Of a stretch of DNA of 64,000 bases, positions 55,293 to 64,000 are shown piece after piece. Below the pieces are notes generated by a model that saw nothing but the letters and a program-made list of their open reading frames with translations, did no database searches and was not told the origin of the DNA. Source of the stretch: Bacteroidota bacterium (GTDB taxonomy: Bacteria; Bacteroidota; Bacteroidia; AKYH767-A; OLB10); assembly GCA_016699635.1 (NCBI GenBank), contig CP064983.1, forward strand, positions 1,670,985 through 1,734,984, written 5' to 3'. The first letter of the stretch is position 1; each line of letters starts with the position of its first letter. The position numbers and the translations under genes are program-made.

Positions 55293-56257
55293 CAAAAGAA
55301 TTTTAATTACCGGTGCAGCCTGGTTTTTAGGATCACACCTGTGTGATCGTTTTATTCAGGAAGGTTATCAGGTTGTTGGTATGGACAACCTAATTACAGG
55401 CGATTTAAATAATATAGCACATCTCTTTAAGCTGCGTGAGTTCGATTTTTATCATCACGATGTTTCTAAGTTTGTGCACGTGCCCGGTAAGATTGATTAC
55501 ATATTGCATTTTGCATCACCTGCATCACCTATAGATTATCTTAAAATTCCAATTCAAACACTAAAGGTAGGTTCATTAGGTACACATAACTTACTTGGGT
55601 TTGCATTAGCAAAGAAAGCACGCATATTAGTGGCAAGCACTTCTGAAGTTTATGGAGACCCATTGGTTCATCCGCAAAACGAAGACTATTGGGGTAATGT
55701 AAATCCAATTGGCCCGCGTGGTGTGTATGATGAAGCAAAGCGTTTTCAGGAAGCCATTACGATGGCCTATCACACCTATCATAAATTAGAAACACGTATT
55801 GTACGAATTTTTAATACCTATACCCACGCATGAGACTTAATGATGGTCAAGATTGCCTGCATTTGTTGGTCAGGCTTTGCGTGGCGAAGACCTTACCGTT
55901 TTTGGTGATGGCAGTCAGTCGCGTTCATTTTGTTATGTGGACGATTTGGTAGAAGGTATTTTTCGTTTGCTTCACTGCGACTATGCCCAACCCGTTAACA
56001 TAGGAAATCCGGTAGAGATAACTATCAAACAATTTGCCGAAGAAATTATTAAGCTTACAGGCACAACACAAAAAATTATTTACAAGCCACTGCCGCAAGA
56101 CGATCCTAAGCAACGTCAGCCCGACATAACACGTGCACGGGAAATATTGGGATGGGAACCAAAAGTTTCGCGCGAAGATGGATTAAAGATTACTTACGAA
56201 TATTTTAAGTCACTACCACCGGAAGAGTTGAAACGCTCTGCACATAGGTTTGCTTGA
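55289..56257 (+). CDS. UDP-glucuronate decarboxylase (UXS/ArnA-decarboxylase-like short-chain dehydrogenase). At least three frames are needed: the start region, 55381..55833, and 55853..56257.
   Basis: [38 protein letters not shown] in the frame shifted by one from the ATG. YDEAKRF catalytic motif. The C-terminal ..[18 protein letters not shown].. is in the third ORF. Confidence 0.8.
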
Positions 56258-56689
56258 TTTGTAATTTTTCTTTTATTCCAACTAGTATGAGACATTTTCT
56301 TCTTCAAAGATTATAATGATAAACAAATAGAAGAAAAAATTTATCATTTATAACCAATCGAATTATGTATTTTATTTCAATAACTCACTTTCTTTTTGCC
56401 TTCTAACACAAAACCTAGTGTAAAATCATTTTGGAATTGAAGCCTTGTACTATAAAGAGGGTCGTACAGGACATGTGTTGCAATACGAAATTGAATGTAT
56501 TTTAAAAACTTAAAGATAACAGCATTGGCAAAATCAAGATTAATTTGATTCTTGTTAATACCATTAGCACCTCCTGTGGTTACTCACTGTACATAGCTTG
56601 TTGAAAAAGTCAAACATAAGGTGGTTAATAGTATAAAAAATATTTTTCTTAGATGATGTAGTTGTGTTGTTATTGATGTAGTGTTTAAT

Positions 56690-56998
56690 CCTAAGTAGGC
56701 GCGAGCGTCATTTCCGCTCGTGCCTTTTATCTTTGCGGCCTCCGGCCGTCCGATAGCTATCGGACTTCATAGTTCAGCCAGTTTTAAATCTGTAAATTGA
56801 TTAGCACTGCTATGCACATAAAAATGTGGCTCTTGTAAAAACATCAATCCAACCAACTGTGTTTAATAAAACAAAGTATAACCCGTTAGGAAATATTTTG
56901 TATTTTTTGCTCATACACCGGTAAAGTAAGGCTTATAGTTTGCAAGATGCAAACAAAATGAATGGCACGAACGGAAATGACGCTCGCACCTACTATGG
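56690..56998. mobile_element. ~309-bp non-coding element with ~35-bp imperfect terminal inverted repeats (MITE-like). It lies immediately 3' of mlaD.
   Basis: Left end CCTAAGTAGGCGCGAGCGTCATTTCCGCTCGTGCC. The reverse complement of the right end is CCATAGTAGGTGCGAGCGTCATTTCCGTTCGTGCC. It carries the internal palindrome GTCCGATAGCTATCGGAC. Confidence 0.65.
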
Positions 56999-56999
56999 A

Positions 57000-57959
57000 T
57001 TATTTCCTCTTTTCTTTTTGCCTGAAATATTTTCGAAACAAAAAATTCTTTTGTAAGGCTTTTAAATCTTCTTCAAGAAGAAAGGAACTTTTCTTTAACT
57101 GATTTAATGTTTCATTAAAATCATTTTTCATGATAGTGTCAGTAAGCAAAGCCTGTACAGTACCTTGTCCATTGACAAGTAGGCCGGAAAACTGATTGAT
57201 GTTATTTGTTGCCTCATTTAAAGAATCGGAAAATTGTTGTAGGTTAGTAAGCAAGATTGCTAATTGATTTTCTGAAATACTGTCAGCAATAAGTTTACCC
57301 AATACACCTTTGCCATTTTGAACATCCTTGGTAATATTATTAATATCTTTTGTAAAGTTATCAATGTTATTTGTAGCCGAATTTATTGACTGAATAGATT
57401 GTCTTAAATTTTCAACTACAGCAGAATCGGAGATAAGTGTAATAAGATTGTTATTCTTATTAAAACGCTGTACTAAGCCTTTAAGATCAGATGTAATCGC
57501 AGCCAGATTATCGTTAGTTTTATTTAGAGTTCTTATCATCTCATCCGATTCGACAGGACGCAGTGACAATAATACATCACCTTTTTCAATTGGAGAAGAT
57601 GGAGCAGGCAGCGAGTTTATATTAACAAGTTTATTCCCCATCAACCCATCTGTTCCAATACTGGCAATGGCATTTTTCTTAATATAAGGAGCCATCTTTT
57701 TTTCAATTATCATTTTTACTGTAATGGCTGAATCACTTTCAAAAATGATTTTCTGAACAGTACCAATATCAATACCACCATAACGTACATTATGTCCGGG
57801 CATTAGTCCATTTACGTTATGAAATACTGCACTTATCTCAATTGTTTTACTGAAAACACTGCGTTTGCTTCCAATCATATAGAGGGTAATTACCAACACT
57901 ATTAGTCCCGACATTACGAAGAACCCTAATTTGATATTGTTTGATTTAGTATTACTCAT
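57000..57959 (-). CDS. mlaD: MlaD/MCE-domain protein
   Basis: N-terminal TM, MCE domain, and a long coiled-coil C-terminus. Confidence 0.75.
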   Translation of the reverse strand: MSNTKSNNIKLGFFVMSGLIVLVITLYMIGSKRSVFSKTIEISAVFHNVNGLMPGHNVRYGGIDIGTVQKIIFESDSAITVKMIIEKKMAPYIKKNAIASIGTDGLMGNKLVNINSLPAPSSPIEKGDVLLSLRPVESDEMIRTLNKTNDNLAAITSDLKGLVQRFNKNNNLITLISDSAVVENLRQSIQSINSATNNIDNFTKDINNITKDVQNGKGVLGKLIADSISENQLAILLTNLQQFSDSLNEATNNINQFSGLLVNGQGTVQALLTDTIMKNDFNETLNQLKKSSFLLEEDLKALQKNFLFRKYFRQKEKRK

Positions 57960-58705
57960 GATGCAAATTCAAAAAATTGATTAATATTTTTATCAGATGA
58001 TTTTTTTAATTCATCATACGTTCCTTCCGCATAATTCCTGCCATCAAGTAGAACGATAATTTTGTTAGCTGTAAGTTTTGCTACTGACATATCATGCGAA
58101 ATGATTACTGATGAAGTATGATACTTTTTTTGGAGGTCGAGCATGAGTTGTACAATTTCTCTACTTGTTATCGGGTCGAGACCTGTTGTAGGTTCATCAT
58201 AAAGAATGAGTTTTGGTTTCATAATCAAAGTGCGAGCAATACCAATTCGTTTACGCATACCTCCTGATAATTCAGAAGGCATCATATTGATGGCATGAAG
58301 AAGCCCCACATTATCCAAAGATTCTTCAACTAGATTTTTTACTTCAGAAGAAGTTAAAGAAATCCAGTGTCTTCGCATTGGGAATTCAAGATTTTCTCTT
58401 ACTGTCATTGAGTCGTACAATGCACTATTCTGAAAAAGAAATCCAATTTTAATACGAATTTTATCTAGCGACTCCTGATCTAATTCAAGCATGTTTGTGT
58501 CAAAAACATGAATATTACCTTTGTCAGGTTTCAGTAATCCAACAATACATTTTATCAGTACAGATTTTCCTGAGCCTGATTTTCCTAATACAACAATATT
58601 TTCTCCCTTAATTAATTCCAGATTAAAATTATTCAGAACTACATTACTGCCAAATGCTTTACAAAGTCCTTCTATTTTCAGAATGATATTAGTATTGTCC
58701 ATCAT
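57956..58705 (-). CDS. mlaF: ABC transporter ATP-binding protein (MlaF-like)
   Basis: Walker A GKSGSGKS, signature LSGGMRKR, Walker B ILYDEP. Confidence 0.85.
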   Translation of the reverse strand: MMDNTNIILKIEGLCKAFGSNVVLNNFNLELIKGENIVVLGKSGSGKSVLIKCIVGLLKPDKGNIHVFDTNMLELDQESLDKIRIKIGFLFQNSALYDSMTVRENLEFPMRRHWISLTSSEVKNLVEESLDNVGLLHAINMMPSELSGGMRKRIGIARTLIMKPKLILYDEPTTGLDPITSREIVQLMLDLQKKYHTSSVIISHDMSVAKLTANKIIVLLDGRNYAEGTYDELKKSSDKNINQFFEFAS

Positions 58706-59474
58706 CAGTTCAAGCCTAATAAATCAGTAATCTGAACAGCAATTAAGTCAAGAATAAAAATAATTAATGAAGCTACTACTACAGCAGAATTTGCAGCATG
58801 TCCAACTCCTTCTGTTCCTTTTGAGAATTATAACCTTTAAAACAACCTACAAGTCCGATGGTTAAACCAAAAAAGAATGATTTGACTAATGCAGGAATAA
58901 AATCACTGTACTCAAGTGAATTGAAAACCTTGTTATAAAATAATTTCCAACTTACTACATCTTTAAAATTAACACCAATATAGCAGGCGTAAATAGCAAT
59001 TAAATCAGCCAGTATAACAAGTATGGGTAACATAAATGCAATACTCAAAACGCGTGTAACAACTAAAAATTTAAAAGGATTTGTGCCAGAAACTTCCATA
59101 GCGTCAATCTGTTCAGTAACCTTCATGGAACCCAATTCAGCTCCAATGCTTGAGCCAATTTTACCTGCGCAGATTAATGCAGTTATTACCGGCCCTATTT
59201 CCCGTACAATTGAAATAGCAATCATTGCCGGCAACCATGATGTTGCACCAAATTCTGCTAATGTGGGTCGCGATTGTACGGTAAGTACAAGACCCATAAT
59301 GAATGCTGTAATACCTACTAGTGGCAACGACTTATAGCCGTTTATAAATGCTTGTTTAAAAAGTTCCTCCCATTCATAGCGTGGTTTAAATCCTTCTTTG
59401 AAAAAACGAACAACAAAGGACGACAATTGCCCCGTTTCATGTAATAAATCAGATATACCTTTAGGCAGCTTCAT
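58705..59474 (-). CDS. mlaE: MlaE-family ABC permease. The C-terminal ~40 codons are frameshifted at an A-run near 58800.
   Basis: The MlaE core ..AMEVSGTNPFKFLVVTRVLS.. is present. The alternative frame restores ..GTEGVGHAANSAVVVASLIIIFILDLIAVQITDLLGLN. Confidence 0.8.
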
Positions 59475-59624
59475 AATTCAAATTCCAAGTAAGAAAAACA
59501 CTTTCATAAAGGAGCTAAGATAAAAAATTAATCGGAGCAATAGTTTAATAAAGTGAATAAACCTGTAGGTTAACCACAATTTACTACATTTCTAAAAACA
59601 GAGTTTTCTTAGCATCTTTGCACA

Positions 59625-61187
59625 ATGGCAGATAAAGAAATTACCCAACCCATACAGACCGATTCCGGCATTGAAGTAAAACAGGTTTATACATCATGCA
59701 AACCAATGGACGAACTACCTGCAAAGTTTCCATTTACACGTGGAGTGCAAGCCGATATGTATAGAAGCAAGTTGTGGACAATGCGGCAGTATGCAGGATT
59801 TTCTACTGCAGAAGAATCTAATAAACGCTATCACTATTTGCTGAAACAAGGCACAACAGGCTTATCAGTTGCTTTTGATTTGCCTACACAAATTGGCTAC
59901 GACTCCGATCACGAGCTTTCAGAAGGTGAAGTAGGAAAGTCCGGTGTGGCAATAGATTCATTGCGCGATATGGAAGTATTGTTTGACGGTATTCAGCTTC
60001 AGAACATCACAACATCTATGACCATCAATTCAACGGCTGCTGTTTTGTTGAGCATGTACATTGCTTTGGCGAAGAAGCAAGGAGCAGACCTCTCTAAAAT
60101 ATCAGGAACAATACAGAACGATATTCTGAAAGAATATGCAGCACGCGGCACATACATTTATCCGCCTAAACCAAGCATGCGCATCATTACAGATATTTTT
60201 GATTTCTGCAGTCGTGAAGTTCCTAAGTGGAATACCATATCTGTTTCCGGTTATCATATTCGTGAAGCAGGAAGCACTGCTGTGCAAGAGTTGGCATTTA
60301 CCTTAGCTGATGGCAAGGCTTATCTTAAAGCAGCGATAGATGCAGGATTGGATATAAATGTTTTTGCCAAACGTATTTCTTTTTTCTTCAATGCACACAA
60401 CAATTTTTTTGAAGAGATAGCCAAGTTTCGTGCAGCCCGTAGAATGTGGGCATCTATCACAAAAGAGCTTGGTGCTACAGACCCTAAAGCAATGATGCTG
60501 CGTTTTCATACACAAACCGGAGGCAGTACATTAACAGCACAACAACCACAAAACAACATTATGCGTGTAACCATGCAGGCATTGAGTGCTGTACTTGGTG
60601 GAACACAATCGTTGCACACCAATGGTTTTGATGAGGCATTATCATTACCGACTGAAAATGCTGCACGTATTGCATTGCGAACACAGCAGGTTATTGCTTA
60701 TGAAAGTGGTGTAACTCAAACGGTAGATCCGCTTGGTGGTTCTTTTTATATAGAATCATTAACTGATGAAGTAGAAGCTAAGGCTTGGGATTACATCAGA
60801 AAAATTGATGATATGGGAGGCGCTGTTGCAGCAATTGAAGCAGGCTATATTCAGAATGAAATTGCAGAGTCGTCATATAATTATCAAAATGCAATTCAAA
60901 CGGGAGAAAAAGTAATTGTGGGAGTAAATAAATTTCAGGTTGAAGAACCGGTTTTTGATGATATCTTTTCTGTTGATGACACCATCAGAAAAGTACAAGT
61001 ACAAAAACTTGCACAGTTGCGCACAGAGAGAAATAATGAAAAAGTTAATCAGGCATTAAGCAACTTAGAATCTGCTGCAAAGGATAATGCCAATCTTATG
61101 CCTTACATTATTCAATGTGTTGAACACTATACAACACTTGGAGAAATATCCGATAAACTCAGAAAAGTTTTTGGTGAGTATCGTTGA
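59625..61187 (+). CDS. methylmalonyl-CoA-mutase-family catalytic (TIM-barrel) subunit. It has no fused B12-binding domain.
   Basis: The ..[16 protein letters not shown].. motif. ~520 aa. It ends before the linker and B12 domain. Confidence 0.85.
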   Translation: MADKEITQPIQTDSGIEVKQVYTSCKPMDELPAKFPFTRGVQADMYRSKLWTMRQYAGFSTAEESNKRYHYLLKQGTTGLSVAFDLPTQIGYDSDHELSEGEVGKSGVAIDSLRDMEVLFDGIQLQNITTSMTINSTAAVLLSMYIALAKKQGADLSKISGTIQNDILKEYAARGTYIYPPKPSMRIITDIFDFCSREVPKWNTISVSGYHIREAGSTAVQELAFTLADGKAYLKAAIDAGLDINVFAKRISFFFNAHNNFFEEIAKFRAARRMWASITKELGATDPKAMMLRFHTQTGGSTLTAQQPQNNIMRVTMQALSAVLGGTQSLHTNGFDEALSLPTENAARIALRTQQVIAYESGVTQTVDPLGGSFYIESLTDEVEAKAWDYIRKIDDMGGAVAAIEAGYIQNEIAESSYNYQNAIQTGEKVIVGVNKFQVEEPVFDDIFSVDDTIRKVQVQKLAQLRTERNNEKVNQALSNLESAAKDNANLMPYIIQCVEHYTTLGEISDKLRKVFGEYR

Positions 61188-61235
61188 TAAAATTTAATGA
61201 CATTGTAAAATTCAAATCATATATAATTTTTAAAA

Positions 61236-61976
61236 ATGAAAAAAAGAATTTTAATTACTCTTGCTGTTTCAACTTTATTTTTCACTGCTTGTAAGAAAGA
61301 TAAAGACAGCAAGCCTGCTGAAAGCGAGTTATCGTTTCATCTGCATACCTTAGTAGGAAACACTGCTGCCAACTACACCGATATCTTTACTGATAACACC
61401 GAAAGAAAATTTAATATTGCTGATTGCAGATATTACATCAGCAACATTGTTTTGATTAAAGATGATGGAACGGAATTTCCGTTGACCGATAAAGCGCTAT
61501 TGGCAAGTCCATCACAAAAAGAATACAGTTTGGGAAATGTTCCGGTTGGAAAATATAAAGGTTTTCGGTTCTTAATGGGGTTAGACTCAGTGACTAATCA
61601 TGACGACCCTGCAGGTTATGCTGCATCAAATCCTTTGAGTTATCAGAATCCAACAATACATTGGGGCTGGAACAATGGCTACATCTTTATGGAGTTTGTA
61701 GGCAAGTTCGATTCAACAGTCGCTGCAACAGGAAATCCGGTGGCAGATTATTTTTATCACATTGGTTTTGATGATTTAAAGCGTACTATTGATTTTAGCA
61801 ATTCTCCTTTTGAAATTACTACTGATGCCGGTTTAGAGATTGGTATTTTATTCGACCTTAAAAAAGTACTGAACAATGTAGATTTACGTACAGAGTTTGG
61901 TACACATACAATGGATAATATGCCCCTTGCTGTTAAAATTGCCAACAACTGGCAGGGTGCTTACAGCATTGAATAA
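61236..61976 (+). CDS. MbnP-family lipoprotein (paralog 1)
   Basis: Lipobox FFTAC. The ..NPLSYQNPTIHWGWNNGYIFM.. core. It is paired with a di-haem peroxidase downstream. Confidence 0.6.
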   Translation: MKKRILITLAVSTLFFTACKKDKDSKPAESELSFHLHTLVGNTAANYTDIFTDNTERKFNIADCRYYISNIVLIKDDGTEFPLTDKALLASPSQKEYSLGNVPVGKYKGFRFLMGLDSVTNHDDPAGYAASNPLSYQNPTIHWGWNNGYIFMEFVGKFDSTVAATGNPVADYFYHIGFDDLKRTIDFSNSPFEITTDAGLEIGILFDLKKVLNNVDLRTEFGTHTMDNMPLAVKIANNWQGAYSIE

Positions 61977-62009
61977 TTTACTATCTTCGATGTATTAATA
62001 TTTTCTATC

Positions 62010-62774
62010 ATGAAAAGTATCAAGTCTGTTTTGTGTTTAGCTGTTGTTGGTTTTATTTTCTCTTTTAGCTCTTGCAAGAAAGATGATTCAGATGCTAATA
62101 ATATACCCAACACCGACACCATTGGTGAGTTGTCTTTTAACTTCAGACAGTTTGTTGGCAACGACAGAATAGTTTACAGTCAGGTTTATAATGACACATC
62201 AGGGCGACCCTTTAAAATTACCAACCTGCGTTATTATATTTCAAATATTGTTTTAATAAAGGCAAATGGTCTGGAACTTCCGCTTAGTGGAAAAGTGCTG
62301 TTGGTTGACAATGAAAAAGAGCAATATACTCTTGGTGAAATTCCTGTTGGTGATTATTCCGGTTTGCGGTTTATGGTTGGTATTGATTCTGCAACCAATC
62401 ACCTCGACCCTGCATTGTACGATGCATCAAATCCGTTAAGTTATCAACCCGTGAGTATGCATTGGGGTTGGAACTTTGGATATATTTTTATGAAAGTAGA
62501 AGGCAATGTAGATACAGATAGTGTTCCTACAGGAAATCTAAACGGAATAATTTCATACGATATTGGTAGCGATCCATTGGTGCGTGTGATAAATTTCAAC
62601 CATATTTTTTCTGTGCATGGTAATATCAACACAGTCAACTTTAAATTTAATATCCTGAAAATGTTTAGTGGTATTGATTTAGCAACAGAAAGCATCACAC
62701 ATACAAATCCGGGTAGAGATTTAGCAGACAGAATTGCCAGCAATTGGCTTCTTGCTTTCACCATTGAACCATGA
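62010..62774 (+). CDS. MbnP-family lipoprotein (paralog 2)
   Basis: ~45% identical to the upstream paralog. Shared motifs include RYYISNIVLIK and NPLSYQ..HWGWN.GYIFM. Confidence 0.6.
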   Translation: MKSIKSVLCLAVVGFIFSFSSCKKDDSDANNIPNTDTIGELSFNFRQFVGNDRIVYSQVYNDTSGRPFKITNLRYYISNIVLIKANGLELPLSGKVLLVDNEKEQYTLGEIPVGDYSGLRFMVGIDSATNHLDPALYDASNPLSYQPVSMHWGWNFGYIFMKVEGNVDTDSVPTGNLNGIISYDIGSDPLVRVINFNHIFSVHGNINTVNFKFNILKMFSGIDLATESITHTNPGRDLADRIASNWLLAFTIEP

Positions 62775-63778
62775 TTAAAATACAAGTATCAAAAATTTTT
62801 ATTTTATCAGTTATTGTTTTTTGGATAGTAAGCATTGTATCATGCCGAAAAGATGATGCCATTGGCACAGGAAACGAAGTACTGGAATTGGAAGTACCTT
62901 TAGGATTTCCCTATCCTTCAATACCGGAAGATAATCAACCTACAAAAACAGAATTGCCTTAGGCAAAATTCTGTTTTTGACCCAATACTCTCTCGCGACA
63001 GTACCATTTCTTGTTCCAGTTGCCATCATGCTGATAAAAATTTACTGACGGACTTAAAGTCGCTGAAGGAATTGAAGGACGAAAGACATTACGCAATTCA
63101 ATGACAATTCTCAACACGGCTTATCAGCCAAATATGTTTTGGGATGGTGGCTCACCGACATTGGAAACACAGGTTTCTGCACCAATTGAAGCGCACGAGG
63201 AAATGGATTTTAATGTCATGAAAGTTGTTGAACGTTTAAATAACCATCCTTTATATCCATCATTGTTCAGGAAAGCATATAACAGCGGACCATCAGCATT
63301 TACACTTACAAGAGCCATTGCAAATTTTGAACGTACACTCTTTACAGGCAAATCAAAGTATGATGCGTTTCAGTATGAGAAAAAAAGCGATGCATTGTCT
63401 GCTTCAGAAAAAAGAGGTATGGATATATTTTTTGGTGAGAGAGCAGAATGTTTTCATTGTCATGGTGGATTTAATTTTACGGATTTTAGCTTTAAGAATA
63501 ACGGACTTTATGAAGTTTATGCAGATTCCGGCAGAGCACGTATAACAACTTTGCATGATGATGTGGGAGAGTTTAAAGTGCCATCACTTCGCAATGTTGC
63601 ACTCACAGCACCCTATATGCACGATGGCAGTGTGGCTACTCTTGAAGATGTTGTTGAACATTATAACTCAGGAGGTAAGCCAAATTTTAATAAAAGTTTT
63701 CTCATCAGGCCATTGAATCTTACACAACAGGAAAAAGAAGACTTGGTGAATTTTATGAAAGCATTATCCGATCAATAA
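62771..63778 (+). CDS. di-haem cytochrome c peroxidase (MbnH-like). The N-terminal haem domain is frameshifted (62771..62962, then 62940..63100 out of frame).
   Basis: The second haem site CFHCHGG is in ORF 63101..63778. The first CxxCH (CSSCHH) is readable in the adjacent frame near 63005..63040. Confidence 0.7.
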
Positions 63779-63800
63779 CAATCTCATTTAATTTAGCATC

Positions 63801-64000
63801 ATGAAAAATATTGCATTATACATTTTAACTTTTGGAATGACAGTATTCCTTGCATCATGCCATAAAGACGACAGTTGCAATGCCGGTACCGGTGGAAATA
63901 ATTCTATAAAGGCAACTTTGTTGCATCACACTAAGGTTATAAGCCCAAAAGTGGGATATCCTGATACACTTTTTATAAAATACGACACCAAAGATTTTCC
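63801..64000 (+). CDS. hypothetical lipoprotein, 5' partial (runs off the window)
   Basis: Signal peptide with lipobox LASC. Confidence 0.3.
   Translation, partial: MKNIALYILTFGMTVFLASCHKDDSCNAGTGGNNSIKATLLHHTKVISPKVGYPDTLFIKYDTKDF

Noticed and set aside
59475-59624. A cobalamin riboswitch might sit upstream of the acyl-CoA mutase gene.
   Set aside because: No B12-box (GCCACTG-like) or conserved riboswitch stems could be found by eye in the 150-nt leader.

Overview
This 64-kb window is chromosomal DNA from an AT-rich Bacteroidota genome. Lineage markers are T9SS type A and type B C-terminal sorting domains, a DUF4271-hemD pair, a fused secDF gene, and several TAnnTTTG -7 promoter motifs. 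It is probably a Chitinophagia- or Sphingobacteriia-like organism. Nearly all of the roughly 70 genes are core or housekeeping: fabF, acpP, trpS, rarA, creD, scpA, prfA, pyrF, a perR-like regulator with katG, asd, hemD, an ECF sigma/anti-sigma pair, dinB, a short DnaE2-like polymerase, secDF, lolE/ftsX-like, degT-ugd-uxs, mlaFED, an acyl-CoA mutase catalytic subunit, and two MbnP paralogs with an MbnH-like di-haem peroxidase. The assembly carries pervasive single-base frameshifts, mostly at homopolymer runs. At least 18 clearly intact-looking conserved genes are split, including acpP, fabF, rarA, katG and secDF. These look like sequencing indels rather than true pseudogenes. I found no rRNA, CRISPR array, integrase, transposase or phage genes. 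Four non-standard structures stand out. (1) A tRNA-Arg(CCT) is followed by a tandem array of tRNA-3'-end-derived 30/60-nt repeats, each carrying a 25-nt hairpin insert in the T-loop. A GIY-YIG nuclease gene sits inside the array and is followed by a second, disrupted tRNA-Arg copy. (2) Two related ~300-bp MITE-like hairpin elements are each inserted immediately after a gene stop (the dnaE2-like gene and mlaD). The first is flanked by a 48-bp direct duplication of the dnaE2-like 3' end. (3) A small AT-rich islet carries a DUF433/DUF5615 toxin-antitoxin-like pair. (4) A SiaB/SiaC-like partner-switch pair is present. I could not identify a self-contained novel multi-gene system with confidence. 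The tRNA/GIY-YIG repeat locus is the most unusual feature.
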